A stretch of DNA of 61,364 bases, filler included, from Dimargaris cristalligena (Eukaryota), in assembly GCA_003614675.1 (NCBI GenBank). It is 9 parts of 9 records of this genome, joined end to end, with 100 filler letters (N's around TTAATTAATTAA, not from the genome) between each part and the next. Parts side by side here need not be neighbours in the genome. Positions count along the whole stretch, not along the records: positions 20,604 to 27,321 come from ML003485.1; positions 27,422 to 34,137 come from ML003486.1; positions 34,238 to 40,949 come from ML003487.1; 6 more parts are not named here. One strand, written 5' to 3'. The notes under the pieces were generated by a model, which was not told where the DNA came from, ran no database searches, and saw only the letters and a list, made by a program, of their open reading frames with translations. Of the stretch, positions 24,621 to 37,701 are shown piece after piece (the first letter of the stretch is position 1; every line of letters starts with the position of its first letter). A program made the position numbers and the translations under genes.

Positions 24621-26317
24621 TTGTACATTGATGGGAACTAGAAACATGGAATCTTTATGATTGATCGTATGTATGTGAATAGCTAAAGAAACGAACATGT
24701 ACTAATTAAAGGTCAAATGAATAGCAAGACTATCTGACCATAGAGTATGGAGTCACGATATAGTCATACGTAGTCAACCACCAAGCTGGATAAGTCTTTA
24801 ATAGCACAATATAGCAAAACTCAGGAAGTGCAAATAAAATGCCACTATCTTAACCGATGACCCTAAAATGCGATACGGTATGAATGTCACTTAGACATTC
24901 AAACAGGGGCTGTGGTTTTTGTGTACTTCATCATTCATCCAAGAACCTTTGAATGTAATCCACCCAGTATACACAGTACCACATTATATAATTACCCATA
25001 GTAAGTCGGGAATAATAGCATTGTCTTTTTAGACATGCACAGTATCCAGTACCCTAGTTTAGGGACAAAGGACCCTATGCCAGATTTCCGGAATTCATGG
25101 TGGTTATTCATTGTTTATGCGCCAAAATATCTTCACTCCAACCTATGCCAAGTATACCATCTCAGTTGAAACAGCAAGAAGGCGGATGAACTTTGAAGTA
25201 GTTCATTGGGATATATGCTTCACTTCGTAATTTGGGAGAATAATTTCATTAATGAAAATGTCCAACAATTGGCACACTTAGGTTGAAGCTGTAGTTCTAG
25301 CTAAAGATAGGCTGGGCTACAATGTTCGGGGGCTTCAGGTATCCCGTTTTTCTTTGTATAGTTTTTATCCTTTCCAATTTATAACAATGCGCCTATCCAT
25401 TAGATGTGGATAGTCTCTCCTTGCACTCTCCAATAATCATGTGTGGTAAAGACAATGTCGCCTTTCGACACACTATCACCCAGTTAAATACAAGTGTAGT
25501 CACCAGAAACTTTTCAATTCTCTTGACCGCCTATAAAAACCATGGGCTGTCCCAAGTTAATTTTAATCATTATCAATACTGATTTCAACATCCAAGCTTT
25601 TGCTTTTCTATACTCAACTCCCCTCACACAATCCGGTACCAAACCTACTTCTACCACCACCCTATCATTTAAGTCAACTTTCGCAATGTTGATGGCCACC
25701 GCACGTAACAACATTCCCCAAGGAAAGATTTTCAGCCACCCGGGAACCCTTAGCCGCGACTACCCGGACTATGATCCCAAAGCCAAGTAGACCAAGCTCT
25801 CGGTTTTCATGGTTGGCCCAAAGCGGCCTTAGAATATCTGGAAAAGACCCCAAGCTTTCTAAGCCTGACACATCGCGGCCCAACTTCGGGGAATCAGTAA
25901 TGGTGCATTAATTCTCGCAAAATCGGAATTTTTAAAACATAGCCCTTTATATGCTCTTGCCTCGCCGCTGTGTTTTTCATGACTCGGGTTTGCCCATACT
26001 ACACATTATCCTACAGACCTTACACTGACCATCTCATATAGGCAATATCACTGCCCAGTATAACCAGTCGCAAACAATTACTCTATATATATATTACTGA
26101 TTCACACTAATAACCTGATTGAAAAAATCAAGGCATATTTCCTCCTCATTAAAATTAAAGGTTTCACTTATGTTGATTCCCGAAACAGATATTCAAACCT
26201 AATTCTTTAGCAGTGTTTTTTGGGGGGTTTTTTTTGTAAAAAAAAAGCTATATCAGCCATAATTTATCCGACCAAGCTGTACTGGGCCTAATACAAGAGT
26301 ACCAATGGCATTATTTA

Positions 26318-26459
26318 TATGGGATAGGCCCAACCAGGCTGTATAATAATAAATCCATTGGATGAGGTAAGAACCACTGGTTAAAAATAAACCTCCCATA
26401 TATTTTTCCATACATGTATCATTTGAAACCCCATACAGCTGCACTGAATTCCACCCATA
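26318..26459 (+). mobile_element. ~140-bp MITE, copy 3
   Basis: TATGGGA...caggctgtataa...tacagctg...GAATTCCACCCATA. Confidence 0.78.
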
Positions 26460-26863
26460 TAATGTTAGAAATCACCTGATCTATTGTGATTATTGTTCAG
26501 CTCTTGTGAGTACTATTTTATTCACTTTACAATGACCACGTCCCCTTCTGGCTATGGGCACGTCCTCTATTCAATAAAACAGCTCAACTGGAGTTGTTAT
26601 TTTCTCTTTGCGGCTTCCTTCCTTATTCATTACCATTTTTCTTAGTGATTATGTCCTGATACAATAAAGCTAGCAGTTTTCATTTATCCATTTATTCTTT
26701 CATTCTTTTCAAACATTCTAACATATAATTACACCTAACTATACAAATTAGCCTACCCCCCAACTCAATACCTACTTCAATTCACTTTAATAATATGGAA
26801 TGGCAGATTTATTCCCAGTCTATTTGATTTGATTACTGAATGATGTTAGTAACATTAGTTGGT

Positions 26864-27181
26864 TGTCGCCCCTCCTAATCCAACTTAATCCATCTGCTAA
26901 TGATTGCTGTCATAGCAAGCCATATAGCGCCATAGTGTACCCCCAGTCCTAATGGGGCCAGACATCAAATATATATCATCTTACCAGCTGGACCCCCCCC
27001 CCAAAGTTTGCACTACTCACTCCTAGGTGATCTTAGTGTCTTCTAGTTCCCATGGAAGCCTCCACTTGTACAAGGACCACCTGGCCCTCCCTATCAATAT
27101 CTTAGTTATGTAGTTTCCCCTCGGGACCTCCCTTGGAGCAGTCCCCCATGTATATATAACCGGGCCCCCCATGGGGACCAG
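26864..27181 (+). mobile_element. LTR family A, 5' half, interrupted by repeat B
   Basis: Starts TGTCGCCCCTCCTAATCC and runs to TATATATAACCGGG..GGGACCAG. Confidence 0.8.
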
Positions 27182-27321
27182 CGTGGCAAGGTGGAGTATC
27201 CCCTTGATTACCACAGGTATGAATTATTACTATTTGATTATTATATTTATATATAAGGTATGAAGCGGCTTTTTTGTCTGGTATATCCAGTTTTTTCCCT
27301 TCCCTTTTAACCCATTCTTTC
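27182..27321 (+). repeat. Repeat B terminus (YGTGGCAAGGTG...)
   Basis: Homologous to 34050-34137: gtggcaaggtg..tatcccct..ccac..ggtatgaagYggctttttt. Confidence 0.6.
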
Positions 27322-27421
27322 NNNNNNNNNNNNNNNNNNNNNNNNNNNNNNNNNNNNNNNNNNNNTTAATTAATTAANNNNNNNNNNNNNNNNNNNNNNN
27401 NNNNNNNNNNNNNNNNNNNNN
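27322..27421. other. Artificial contig linker
   Basis: N44-TTAATTAATTAA-N44. Confidence 0.99.
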
Positions 27422-27753
27422 AGAATAAGCTAAGGTTCTAACCGGTCCCAAAGGGGAGCCCGGTTATATATACGCTGAGGATGCCTCCCAAGGGGAGGTC
27501 CTGAAGGGGGAACTACATAATGGCTAACAATAAGGTGGAACCGGCTGGCCCTCAGTTGAGCGGGGCTTCCATGGGAATTGGAAGACACTAGGATCACCTA
27601 CGAGTGATTAGTGCGAACTCCGGGAGGCCAGGCCGGTTAAGGGGCTATCAATGGTGTTCGGCCTGGTTAGGGCCAGGGGGTACTATGGTGCTATACGGCC
27701 TGATATGATGGTGGTCATATCGGTTGGATTAGGACGGATTAGGAGGGGCGACA
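27422..27753 (-). mobile_element. LTR family A, 5' part, young copy
   Basis: Ends GGATTAGGAGGGGCGACA; the first ~120 nt are nearly identical to 20385-20500. Confidence 0.85.
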
Positions 27754-27762
27754 TTCACCACA

Positions 27763-28141
27763 GTCTTCCAGAAATAAGCCCCCAGCTGAGACTCTGTCCC
27801 CCATCTCTTTATCTAATCATCCCATTCTCTTAAAGACCTCTTGTTATGAATGGTCCCCACATATAAATAACTAGGCCCCTCTGGGACCAGTTCAGTCCTT
27901 AGCTTATTCTTATCCCCCTCAGTTTACTCAATAAACTCTATATACACTCACCCACCCTTGTACTGACCAATAAGTGTGCACCACTGCATGTCCCCTGCAT
28001 AGTTGCCACCCTTGCCCTTATTGGGTTAGTACCACCCCATACCTAACACTAGTAGCCACTTGGCCGAGCCTAAGCCCACCTACCATTAGAAGCCTACCCC
28101 CAGGACTCTTGATGGACTAAGAGTAGATAACTTGGGTGACA
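27763..28141 (+). mobile_element. LTR family A, older copy (3' two thirds)
   Basis: TATAAATAA, CAATAAACTCTATATAC, ends CTTGGGTGACA; CpG-depleted relative to young copies. Confidence 0.8.
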
Positions 28142-28331
28142 CTGGGTAACAGCTGCCAATAATATAAAATCATATTTAATAGCAGCTGTTTTATCATAAA
28201 TATTTTAGATTAGATTAATACATTTTTACCTGCCCTGAATAGGTAATTATTAACTTCTAATCACCAACTATTGTATTAGCACTTGCTTACAATTATATGT
28301 ATTACAAAGTTGCTTTAATATGCCTTGTTTG

Positions 28332-28472
28332 TATGAGAGAAGTTCATTCAGGCTGTAGAATGAGAAATCCATTGGATAAGGCAAATACTACTGGTTGAAA
28401 CTAAATACCTCACCTATTTTTCCATATACATGTATTTTATATCTTATACAGCTGGGCCAAATTTCACCCAGA
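28332..28472 (+). mobile_element. ~140-bp MITE, copy 4
   Basis: TATGAGAGAAGTTCATTCAGGCTGTA...TACAGCTGGGCCAAATTTCACCCAGA. Confidence 0.8.
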
Positions 28473-29060
28473 TGCTACCATTCCTATCTTTTCCCTAATC
28501 TAGGCGCCATTCTATTCAGACCAACTATTTGCCACTGTCAGCTGGCTTGTTTTGTTAGAGAGTGAATAGAATGAGTGGATTTTATTTAGCTAGAGGATCG
28601 AAGTGGTAAATAGATATGTAAGTGGAGGAAGGTAGTAGCGGTAGAGATGCTAGTAAACTAAGGTGATAATATCATGTAGGCCGAACACCCTTTACATATA
28701 GTCGGATATATACTATTGCGAGTGTGCTAATGATGCAAGACATTCTTGAGATTATCCCCGTTTGGTATAGAATCATTGAGACAACTTCGTAAGGCAGTGG
28801 GCATCAAAGGTCTGGCCCGCTATTACTTGTGGATTAAAACGTCCTCATCAATGGCCGGGGTATCTAAGTGACTAAGTCCCCGGCTATCTATGTCTCCAGT
28901 CCCAGTGGTTTCCGGCAAGGACACTGCCGCAGAATCATTGGCAGGGCTGGTCTCAGCCACCGAGTTAGAAATAACATAACAAAACATACATTTTTGGTAG
29001 GGAAAGTATTTACAGGGAAAAAAAGGTCTGCCTAGCTCCCATACGGAACACTTCCATCTA

Positions 29061-29202
29061 TATGACTGAGGTTCAACCTGCCTGTATAACGAAAAATTCT
29101 TTGGATGATGTAAATATTACTGGCTTCAAATGAATCTCCCGCTTATTTTCCCATACACCTACCATTTAAAACCCTATACGCATGAGGCTAAGTTCACCCA
29201 TA
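29061..29202 (+). mobile_element. ~140-bp MITE, copy 5 (diverged)
   Basis: TATGACTGAGGTTC..ctgtataacgaaaaatt..aaatattactgg..AAGTTCACCCATA. Confidence 0.72.
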
Positions 29203-30331
29203 TACAGCCGTTTTAAATGCCATTCATGTTAGACACCAATATTAGCCAACTAGCCTCATGCGCCTTATTTTTGAAAAGAAAAGTGAATAGCGTTCCGGCT
29301 TGGTTTAATCAGAATAGCGCCCCTATTCACCCTAGATTCGTGTGTAACAGAAATATATTATGCCCCATATCCCCCTCCAGCCGCGTCGGCAAAACTGGAA
29401 GAATGTTTATGCGACATGGGCGTGGTCAGAGAGATGCTGCAAAATTGGCAGCTGAAATATTTTTAAAATGGGCCAAGGTGAGGGGAAAGTACTCCAATAT
29501 GTTTTCTATACATATTAATATCAAAATAGCATAGATAGTATGAGAGCCAAACCGAACTCTGGCCATGCGATGTAGTCAAGTAGACGAGAAGCTCCCTGAC
29601 TTACATACCTACAGACAAATTAATAAGGGATCCTCAGGCGCTGTGCCGCTGCTTTGGGTGCCGTCTGTGTCAACACCCGCGTCCACGTCCTCCCTTTCCT
29701 GTTCCCGTTCCCTCCACCTTTCCCTCTCCATCCCCTTATAATCTACTCGCTAATTTTTGACTTTACAGAATTCGACAATGATGTTGTACAACGGGCGCCA
29801 GTCTGAGACCCAATAATAGGGATTGGTCAAAAAGGAGGATTCAATGGAAACCGATGTCATAGTTTAACCGTTGCTCACTCGACCTAATGTAGGTTCATTT
29901 AACTTAGTACAGCAGAGTTTGAATAGGGATTATACTACAGCGCGCTTAAAACCATTTTTTGCTCAATCACGACCGCCGCTGTGGTACCACCATGGAAAAT
30001 ACCAGGGCCCTATTGGTGTCCATACGGGTCGGCCTTCCATTGCCTCTAATGACTGTGCCAATCCCCTGTGAGTGTACATTCGTCCATCTATTTCGAATAA
30101 TATATAAAAGCAACTCGCATTCCCGCCTTTTATCATCAATATCCTCCACTCACTTACTGATGAAGTACCTTCAGAGCGAATTTCTGCCTTTTTAATACTA
30201 CCTTACGCTTTCCTATTCCTCTTCAGTTTACCTCTCCAATATTTCCGAAGGGTTTCAATTGACTGCCCGCGTATTTTCCTTTCTACGATAAGTCAGCTCG
30301 ACTGTTTTACCACTACCAGCACTTTGTCGCG

Positions 30332-32388
30332 ATGAAGCCTTCTTTCCTCTCTGTATCTGTAGTTGGCATGGCCCTCGCGAACTTTGCCTTTGGTCTTCCC
30401 CATGGGATTAACTCCGTGGGTACTGTGGCAGGTAGTCGGCCCGGTCCCCAACTCTTTCGTCGTACGCAAGTAAGTCATCATGGCATCATTAATCTGGTTT
30501 GTCCCCCTGCTCTTCAGTCACCCTATCGTTATTCGTAATTCAAATATTATCAACCTATATTTCCCTGTATGCCTTGTTGAACATTTTAGCGACAATGTCC
30601 ATCTCTTGTATCAGACAGTATTAATTAACCAGTTTAAATATGTGGAAACGCACCTTATACTTCCAATGTATTTGAATTAGTAAATTATAGGGCCAGAAAC
30701 GTCAAGCTAGCACCGATGCATCCGACTACAGCCCGAACCAGTCCACGAGCACAAGCCAGGTCAACCTGAATAACAACCAGCGTATGCAGGACGCAGTAGA
30801 CCAGTTTAGGAGTGCACATGACTTACTGCAAAAGGTAAAAACGGAGGCCGACTTCTCGTTCTTTTTAACCACCGCTCACTTATCTAATCAGGCCAGAAAT
30901 CCGAATAATACTGAGAAATCTCGACTGAATCCGACCCTAAGCGCCCTGCGTACTAACTACGCCGAACTCGAGGACTGGGTCGAAAGTGTTGGTCAGGTGC
31001 GCACCGACGATATGGATGCTGATGCCTTCCATGCACTGTTCCCCTTGGTTGCCCAAATACTCGACGAAGGCCCAAGCGCCATTTCAATGTTGGATGCCCT
31101 TCCCATGAGTGCGAGCGCCCCTGGCTTTCGTCATGACTATTACACGGTAGCCAGCGAATTCCCAGGCCTGGCCCAGACTATCCTGCCTGTGAGTTTGGCA
31201 CAGGATACCCTCAGATACGTCTCCAATTTGGCGAAGGGTCATTTGGCGGCCCATTACGTTAACGATGATAATGTGGAAGGGCTTATACAAATTATCCGTT
31301 CCTGGGCCCCAGACAATCGCCAAACGGCTCCCGCCACTCCACCTGCAGACGTAGCCGCTTATTCCGATGATCTGGATGATATGCCAGACTTGGTCGATTC
31401 CATGGCTGATGAGGACGACTCTATGGATGAAGAGGACGAGGTTATTAATTACCCGAACCGCCGCCACCGCTTCAACCCCAGAGATAATTCCCCTCTAGAT
31501 ACCAGCGGACCCCAAGCCCTTCAAACCAACAAATACCGACTTTTCATCGCAACCGTCTATCTATGGGCCTTGGAACATGAGGTTTCAGGATACGACCGAC
31601 TTCTCGCTGAATTTGGCAGTCCCTTCCATATTAGCGATATTCCGTGTTTCTTAGCATTTGATTACGTTGTGGCTTTAGGCGCGTTGGAAACCAGGTACTT
31701 GGATCGATCACTACTTCTTAGCCCTAGTAGCCACTTTAAATGTTACCAGGACTTCTCTTTCCAAGGTTATGTGACCATGGCTCCCCAAGGTATACCGGAC
31801 GATAAGGAGATTCGCGTTCGCTATAATCGTAAACTCAACCCCCAAGTGATGGCGGTTCCTGATGATGATAGCCATATCCTTGATGATACTATTGACGATC
31901 TAAAGACTCTCACGACCCTATCGTCCGATCCCCAAGTCCGGAAAAGAATCAGGGAGCGTATGTTAACTATTCATGTATGGGCCACAACCCTCTATAGCAC
32001 CATTTGGTATGCAAATATTTATGCCTCTTCAAAGTCTACTGAGCCTAGTCAACGGACCATCCTTGATAGCCCGGGACTTACCTCTACTGTCCCCGAAACT
32101 CTACTCCCGAAGGTTGTAGATGGAATCAAATTGACTAAGGGTCTGGTAGTTTATATTGAAGGAATGGATTCTAGTCACACGCATTGGGGTGGTGGGGCAG
32201 ATACTACTATGGCCAATGTTGGTGAAACTGGTGCCTCCACGACCAACACCAGAGCGGGTAACAACCCAGAAACCAGTAATGTTAACAAAGCTGACGATAC
32301 CATCTTGACTCTCAGCAGGGGTCTACAACTACTCCTCGAAAAGCACTTATTCAGGGCCTTTATCGAGTGGGGACTGAAGGAAATTTGA
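30332..32388 (+). CDS. Secreted protein of unknown function, ~611 aa; exons 30332-30469 and 30691-32388
   Basis: Signal peptide MKPSFLSVSVVGMALANFAFG, propeptide ending LFRR, then GQKR (dibasic Kex2-type sites). A phase-0 GTAAGT..TAG intron joins it in frame to the 534-aa ORF. Confidence 0.8.
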
Positions 32389-32592
32389 GATTACACAAGT
32401 GAGTAAATATAGTTGCCCTATAAATTGGATGAGTTAGTACAAATAATTGTATAAGGCAACATATTTAACACTTGGATGGTTCAATTCATTTTTCTTAGTT
32501 TTACATATATATGCTTATATTTGATTATTTTTTTATAATAAAACTCAATGTATATATTACTGGGCCAATGGTAAAAGTTAAGTTATATGGTG

Positions 32593-33169
32593 TATCAGCC
32601 CTCCTAGTCCACCTTAATCCAGACACTATGTTGCCCACCCTTATTAGGCCTTATAGTATCATATTAACCTTCCCATAGTCACCCCCAGTACTATGGGATC
32701 ACCCTATATCATATAACCCTTCCCCTTCTGGACTCTGGCTCTTCACATTAATCACAACCTACTGATCTGAAGATTCTTCTAGTTCCCATAAGAGTCTTCC
32801 AGATATGAGGGCCATCTAGTTGGCCTATTAATCCATACCTTAGTTAGTAGTATCTTCACTTGGGACCTCCCTCTGGAGTCATCCCACATATATATAATTG
32901 GTCCCAAGGGGCCCAGTTATCTTCTTTAGCTTATTCTTACCCCCTAGTTTATCCCAATAAACCCTATATATACTAACCCCTTCATACTAACTAGTAAGTG
33001 TGCCTACTGCATGTCCCTTGCTTATACCTACATTTAGTAGCCTTTATTAGTTAGTACTATACCCCATCCTAACACTAATAGCCCACTTGGCTAAGTCTAA
33101 GCCCTACCTACCATTAGAAGTCTATCCTCAGGACTCTTAGTAGACTAAGAGTAGTAAACCCGGGTAATA
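32593..33169 (+). mobile_element. LTR family A, full-length decayed solo LTR
   Basis: tatcagccctcctagtcc ... cccgggtaata, a decayed TGTCGCCCC...GGGCGACA; TATA box and AATAAA in the expected positions. Confidence 0.78.
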
Positions 33170-33520
33170 AGAGGTAAGACCTTTTTAATTAAATTACCTT
33201 AATAAGGCTTTACTGTGCTATAATACTAACCCATAGCAACACCTCATAACATGAGGATCTCTTAGTTTACTAGCCAGTTACTACTATTGGATATTACTCT
33301 TTGTACTTTAACATATCCCTAAAGATCCCTCTGGATACCAATAGTCTCCAACTGATAACTAGCATTCACTGGTGGATAGCCCTATATTATTATCCAAGCA
33401 TATGAATGCCCCGCCTAGGTTATCCAGCCTATTAGTTACTTAGGTTATATTCCCTCTCTGTTTATATACTAAGCCCTTATATAATTACCACCATATGTTA
33501 ATAGAGGCATAAGGATAAGC

Positions 33521-33697
33521 TGTTGCCCCTTCTAATATAACCTAATCCATCCTAAGTGATCACTGTCATAGCAGGCCTTATAGCACCATATTGGACACCC
33601 TGGTCCTATCAGGGCACCAAATATTATATATCACCTAGCTGACCAGACCCCTTGGAGTTCACACTACTCACTCCCCCAAATGATCCTAGTATCTTCC
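33521..33697 (+). mobile_element. LTR family A, 5' fragment interrupted by another family A LTR
   Basis: tgttgccccttctaat... homologous to 26864-27045. Confidence 0.72.
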
Positions 33698-34049
33698 TGT
33701 CACCTGAGTTAATCACTCTTAGTCTGTCAAGAGTCTTGGGGGTAGGCTTCTAATGGTAAGCGGGGCATTGGACACAGCCAAACGGGCTACTAGTGTTAGG
33801 TATGATAGCTGATACTAACTAAATAAAGTAAGTGTACTACATAGGCAGGGGACGTGCACCAATGCACACTTACTGGTCAGTACTGGGGGGTGAGTGTATA
33901 TAGAGTTTATTGGGTAAACTATGGGGGGTAAGAATAAGCTCAGCTGCTAACCGGTTCCAAGAGGGGCCCAGTTATATATACGCCAGGGACTACCCGAGGG
34001 GAGGTCCTGGGGGGGAACTACTTAAGAGGATAACAATAAGGAGGACTGG
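33698..34049 (-). mobile_element. LTR family A, nested copy (3' 60%), interrupted by repeat B
   Basis: tgtcacctgagttaatcactcttagtc... homologous to 20151-20500. Confidence 0.8.
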
Positions 34050-34137
34050 TGTGGCAAGGTGTACTATCCCCCTATAAGCCACACTAATTATATCACTATC
34101 ATTATTATTATGCAGGGTATGAAGTGGCTTTTTTTTC
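34050..34137 (+). repeat. Repeat B terminus
   Basis: tgtggcaaggtgtactatcccc..ggtatgaagtggcttttttt; homologous to 27182-27275. Confidence 0.6.
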
Positions 34138-34237
34138 NNNNNNNNNNNNNNNNNNNNNNNNNNNNNNNNNNNNNNNNNNNNTTAATTAATTAANNNNNNN
34201 NNNNNNNNNNNNNNNNNNNNNNNNNNNNNNNNNNNNN
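34138..34237. other. Artificial contig linker
   Basis: N44-TTAATTAATTAA-N44. Confidence 0.99.
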
Positions 34238-36169
34238 CATTTTCCGTTGGTGTTCCCGTTCCTGGGCTTCCTGAAGCCGACGGTCCCGGTCGGCCGCGTC
34301 CTCCCCACCTAAGGGGGCCGCCATGGCGGTGGAATATCCTTCGGGGGCCGAATCAGGTTCCGAGGGGACCACCACATCGAACTCATTTCTAGGGGCCGGG
34401 AGAGACTGTAGACTCAAGGCCACCGAACGGCGGAGTTCCGCGGGGGACGGAGTGGCTCCGCCGCCCCCGTAGGGAGTCGATGCAACCGATGAAGCACCGT
34501 CGTGACGATTAATGGTGAAGGCATCCCGGTAAGGGGTTTGCCCCCCCGGGGTAGCGTCTCCTTGGCTTACGGAAGTCCGGCCCGCCGCCACGCTGGCGTG
34601 ACCAGCTCGCAAAGGGGTTAGCAGTGGATTGGGCGTTTGCACAATCGAAGAGCGGGGCTGAATTCCGTCATAGCCGGTACCGGTCTCTTCAGCTGACATC
34701 TCGTCCGAATCCCGGCCCAGAAGAGGGGTCTGGCTAGCGGCCAAACGACGCAAGTTACGGGCCTCCACCATGACAGTATCTTCCGTAGCAGGCGTGCGGA
34801 CGTCGGTAAATTTGGGGACGGATTGGTACTCATTAAGAAGGGAATTGGAAGCGGCATTGGGCCCATCGCTGACTAAATCCCTGGCCGTCTCGCTGGCTTG
34901 GCCCAGTTTGATGATCTCGTCTAGCTCCGTTTGGGTCACCTGGGGGGTAGGGAGTTGCAGTTTGCGGCGCTGGGCAATCTGTTCCGCCTCCTGGATTTTC
35001 AACAATTTGGCGTTGGTGCTACTGGGCACAAACGTAATGCCTTCCTCGTCGTCACCATCCCCATTTTTAGACTGTTTAGTCCGCTTAGCCCGTTGTTTGG
35101 CCTGTTCGTCGAAATAATCGCGTTTCTTCCGACCGTCAATCTGATTCAACCGCTTGCGTAGAAAATCCAAATCGTTCACGCGGTTAAGTTCCTCCCGCGT
35201 ATCGAAAAATCCGGCCATGGGGCGCTTTTCAAAGGGGATATCCGCATTGTAATCCATGTCGTTGGTTTTCTTCTTTTTACGCACTTCGATACCGGCCGCT
35301 TTCAATTCCCGGCTCTTCTGCAGAGAGGCTAGGCGACGGGCTTCCTCCAACTGCCGCTCACGGGCTTTACGTTTGGCTTTTTTGCCTTGCGTATTGGCGA
35401 GGCGGGCGCGGGCCTCCGATAACATTTCCTTCTCGTCCGCGTCCATGTCCACCGCATCGGGGATAGCGGGTCGGGTTTCCGGAGTGGGTTGAATGCCATG
35501 CATATACGACCCCCGACCCGAGGGGTCGGTTACAGCGGCGGAGGTTTCCCCACCCTGCGAACCCGTCAAGCCGAGCTGACCAGCTTCGCCCTCGGCCTGT
35601 TCCGCCTCATCCAACAGACGCTGATACCGCTCGAGACACTGGGCCGGGGTTCGCCCAACGATGGGTGCAATGGTACGCCATTGGGTAGGCATGAGTTTGG
35701 CCAGATGCAGAAGCTTCTCGTCCTCGTCCTTGGACCAATCCGTCTTCTTGATGCTGGGATCAAGCCATTCGAACCAGCGTGCTTTGCATTGTTTAGCGGT
35801 TTTGCGGCCAAGGAGCGATGAAACACGGGCCCATTGGTTTTTCCCGTACTTCATCACCGCCGCCTTGAGGATTTCATCCTCCGTATTCTTCCAGGCACCG
35901 CCTAGGGTATATTAAGGGTCAAAAGTGGCATGCATCATTGAAAATAAAAGGTCAGCAAAGGTGTATAGGACTCCCAGCCATACGGGTTAACGGATTTAGG
36001 AAGCTTTTTGTGACTTCTGGTGTGAGTTAGGTGGGAATGGTCGACAAACAGCTTTTGATTGCAAGAGTACCCAGAGTCACCGAGGTTAAATTCACAACTG
36101 GTGAGGGGAGTACTAGGGGGTTAGAATGAGGAAGTTGTTGCTTATTTTACCTTTAAGAATGACGCGCAT
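34238..36169 (-). CDS. CEF1: Pre-mRNA splicing factor Cef1/Cdc5 (CDC5L), 3'-truncated; exons 36169-36151 and 35901-<34238
   Basis: [37 protein letters not shown]...WLDPSIKKTDWSKDEDEKLLHLAKLMPTQWRTIAP (two Myb repeats), EMLSEARARLANTQGKKAKRK and DYNADIPFEK. Confidence 0.97.
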
Positions 36170-36840
36170 TGTGTTTTATTGGTCACCAGGTCGCGTCCGG
36201 GAGGGTTGGATTGAAAGTAACTGAGTTTGGCAACGAAAAGGATCGGCAGATAAGAGAGTAGGCCTTAGCAATCGAAATGCTGTAGGCTTAGATGTAAAGG
36301 TAAAAGATGGGAGAACTGGTGAAGCCACTTGGTATTTAAACAATAAATAAAAGGGGAAAGAGAACAATGGTAGGAGCGCGCATGGGAATTGGCTTATCCT
36401 ATAAAAGAACGGAATCCATTTTACTTTGCAGATTTTTTTGGCCTTTGGAATGTGGAAGAACAGGTGCTGTGTTTCTCTTTATTTCTTCTATATTCAACGT
36501 CACTTTTAGGGCTCTTACTCATCAAGAGCACTGTTATTAACGCCTATATCCAGATGCCACCCATTACAACAGACATATACCTATAGTCTACATTTGATCA
36601 ACTCAAAACCCACTATATAACACTCCATTACCAGCTGTTTAATACAATTGTTTAGAATTTACGAAAAATGAGAATAGGACGAGATAGTATGATTGTTTTT
36701 TATCAGAAATATGAACAGAGCTGGCATGGGCGCGAAAGTGTCGATTAGAATAAACGACCGGTACCAAAAGGCAGGGTGTTAGTAATCCGAATTTTCACTG
36801 CAGTGTGGATTTTGGTGATAAACGGGAATGGTGTAGTCGT

Positions 36841-37701
36841 TTAGGCCTCGACGAATTCCTTGACCTCCTTCAACCAACGGGTGTATTCGTTCTGTTCCTT
36901 GTAGTCAATATAGTCGGGAATGAACATGGCCATTTCCTCGTCGATACCACGTTCCTCGAGGTATTTCTCAAAGGCCGACTTAAGATCATCATCCAAAAAG
37001 CCAAAGGCGGGGCCCATGTAGAGACCACGGCGCTGGTAGTCAGCCTCCGAGGTCTGATCTTTAGCCAGCTTGCCAGACTTGTAAGTACAGATGTGATCCA
37101 CGCCATAGTCACCATCCTCGGCGGTCAGATCAAAGGATAGGGTAGGGCGGCCGGGCTTTTCAATGACCACATTGAAGCGCACGGGGTAGTTGTTACCGGG
37201 AATGGACACATCATGCATATCGTCTTCCGCGGCGGCTTCTTCGGATTCCGAGGGCAATTCCTCCTGATTCTCAAACGACTCCCGTTCGCCATCGATCATA
37301 TCTTCGGCGTTGTGGATTTCCGCGGCCGAAAAGGTAATGGTAATGGATTCGGTACCGAAGGTACGGGTAAGAACCACCTCGTTGGCACCAGGGGTATCTT
37401 CGATCTTGAACTGATCCTTGGCAATGAAGGATTCGAGAAAAGTGGGAAGGTTATCGGTCTCTTTCTCCTCTTCGTAGGTTAACTCGCGCTGCAGGGCGTG
37501 GGCGAGGTCCTTGTCGGCCATACCCTGGCTGGACCAGCGGGTGGTGAGGCTGAAGGCACGGTTACTCAGGAGAGAGGCGGCCTGCTGGGCGGGAAGGGTG
37601 GCGGTAGGCGTCCAGCACCGGGCGGATACCAGGGGCGAAGTGGCAGCGGTACGCTTCCAGGCAGGTGAGCGGAGAGCAGCGAGGCGGAGTCCACGGATCA
37701 T
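36841..37701 (-). CDS. MAM33: Mitochondrial acidic matrix protein Mam33 (p32/C1QBP family), 286 aa
   Basis: Arg/Ala/Ser-rich presequence, acidic body, C-terminal YMGPAFGFLDDDLKSAFEKYLEERGIDEEMAMFIPDYIDYKEQNEYTRWLKEVKEFV. Confidence 0.95.
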   Translation of the reverse strand: MIRGLRLAALRSPAWKRTAATSPLVSARCWTPTATLPAQQAASLLSNRAFSLTTRWSSQGMADKDLAHALQRELTYEEEKETDNLPTFLESFIAKDQFKIEDTPGANEVVLTRTFGTESITITFSAAEIHNAEDMIDGERESFENQEELPSESEEAAAEDDMHDVSIPGNNYPVRFNVVIEKPGRPTLSFDLTAEDGDYGVDHICTYKSGKLAKDQTSEADYQRRGLYMGPAFGFLDDDLKSAFEKYLEERGIDEEMAMFIPDYIDYKEQNEYTRWLKEVKEFVEA

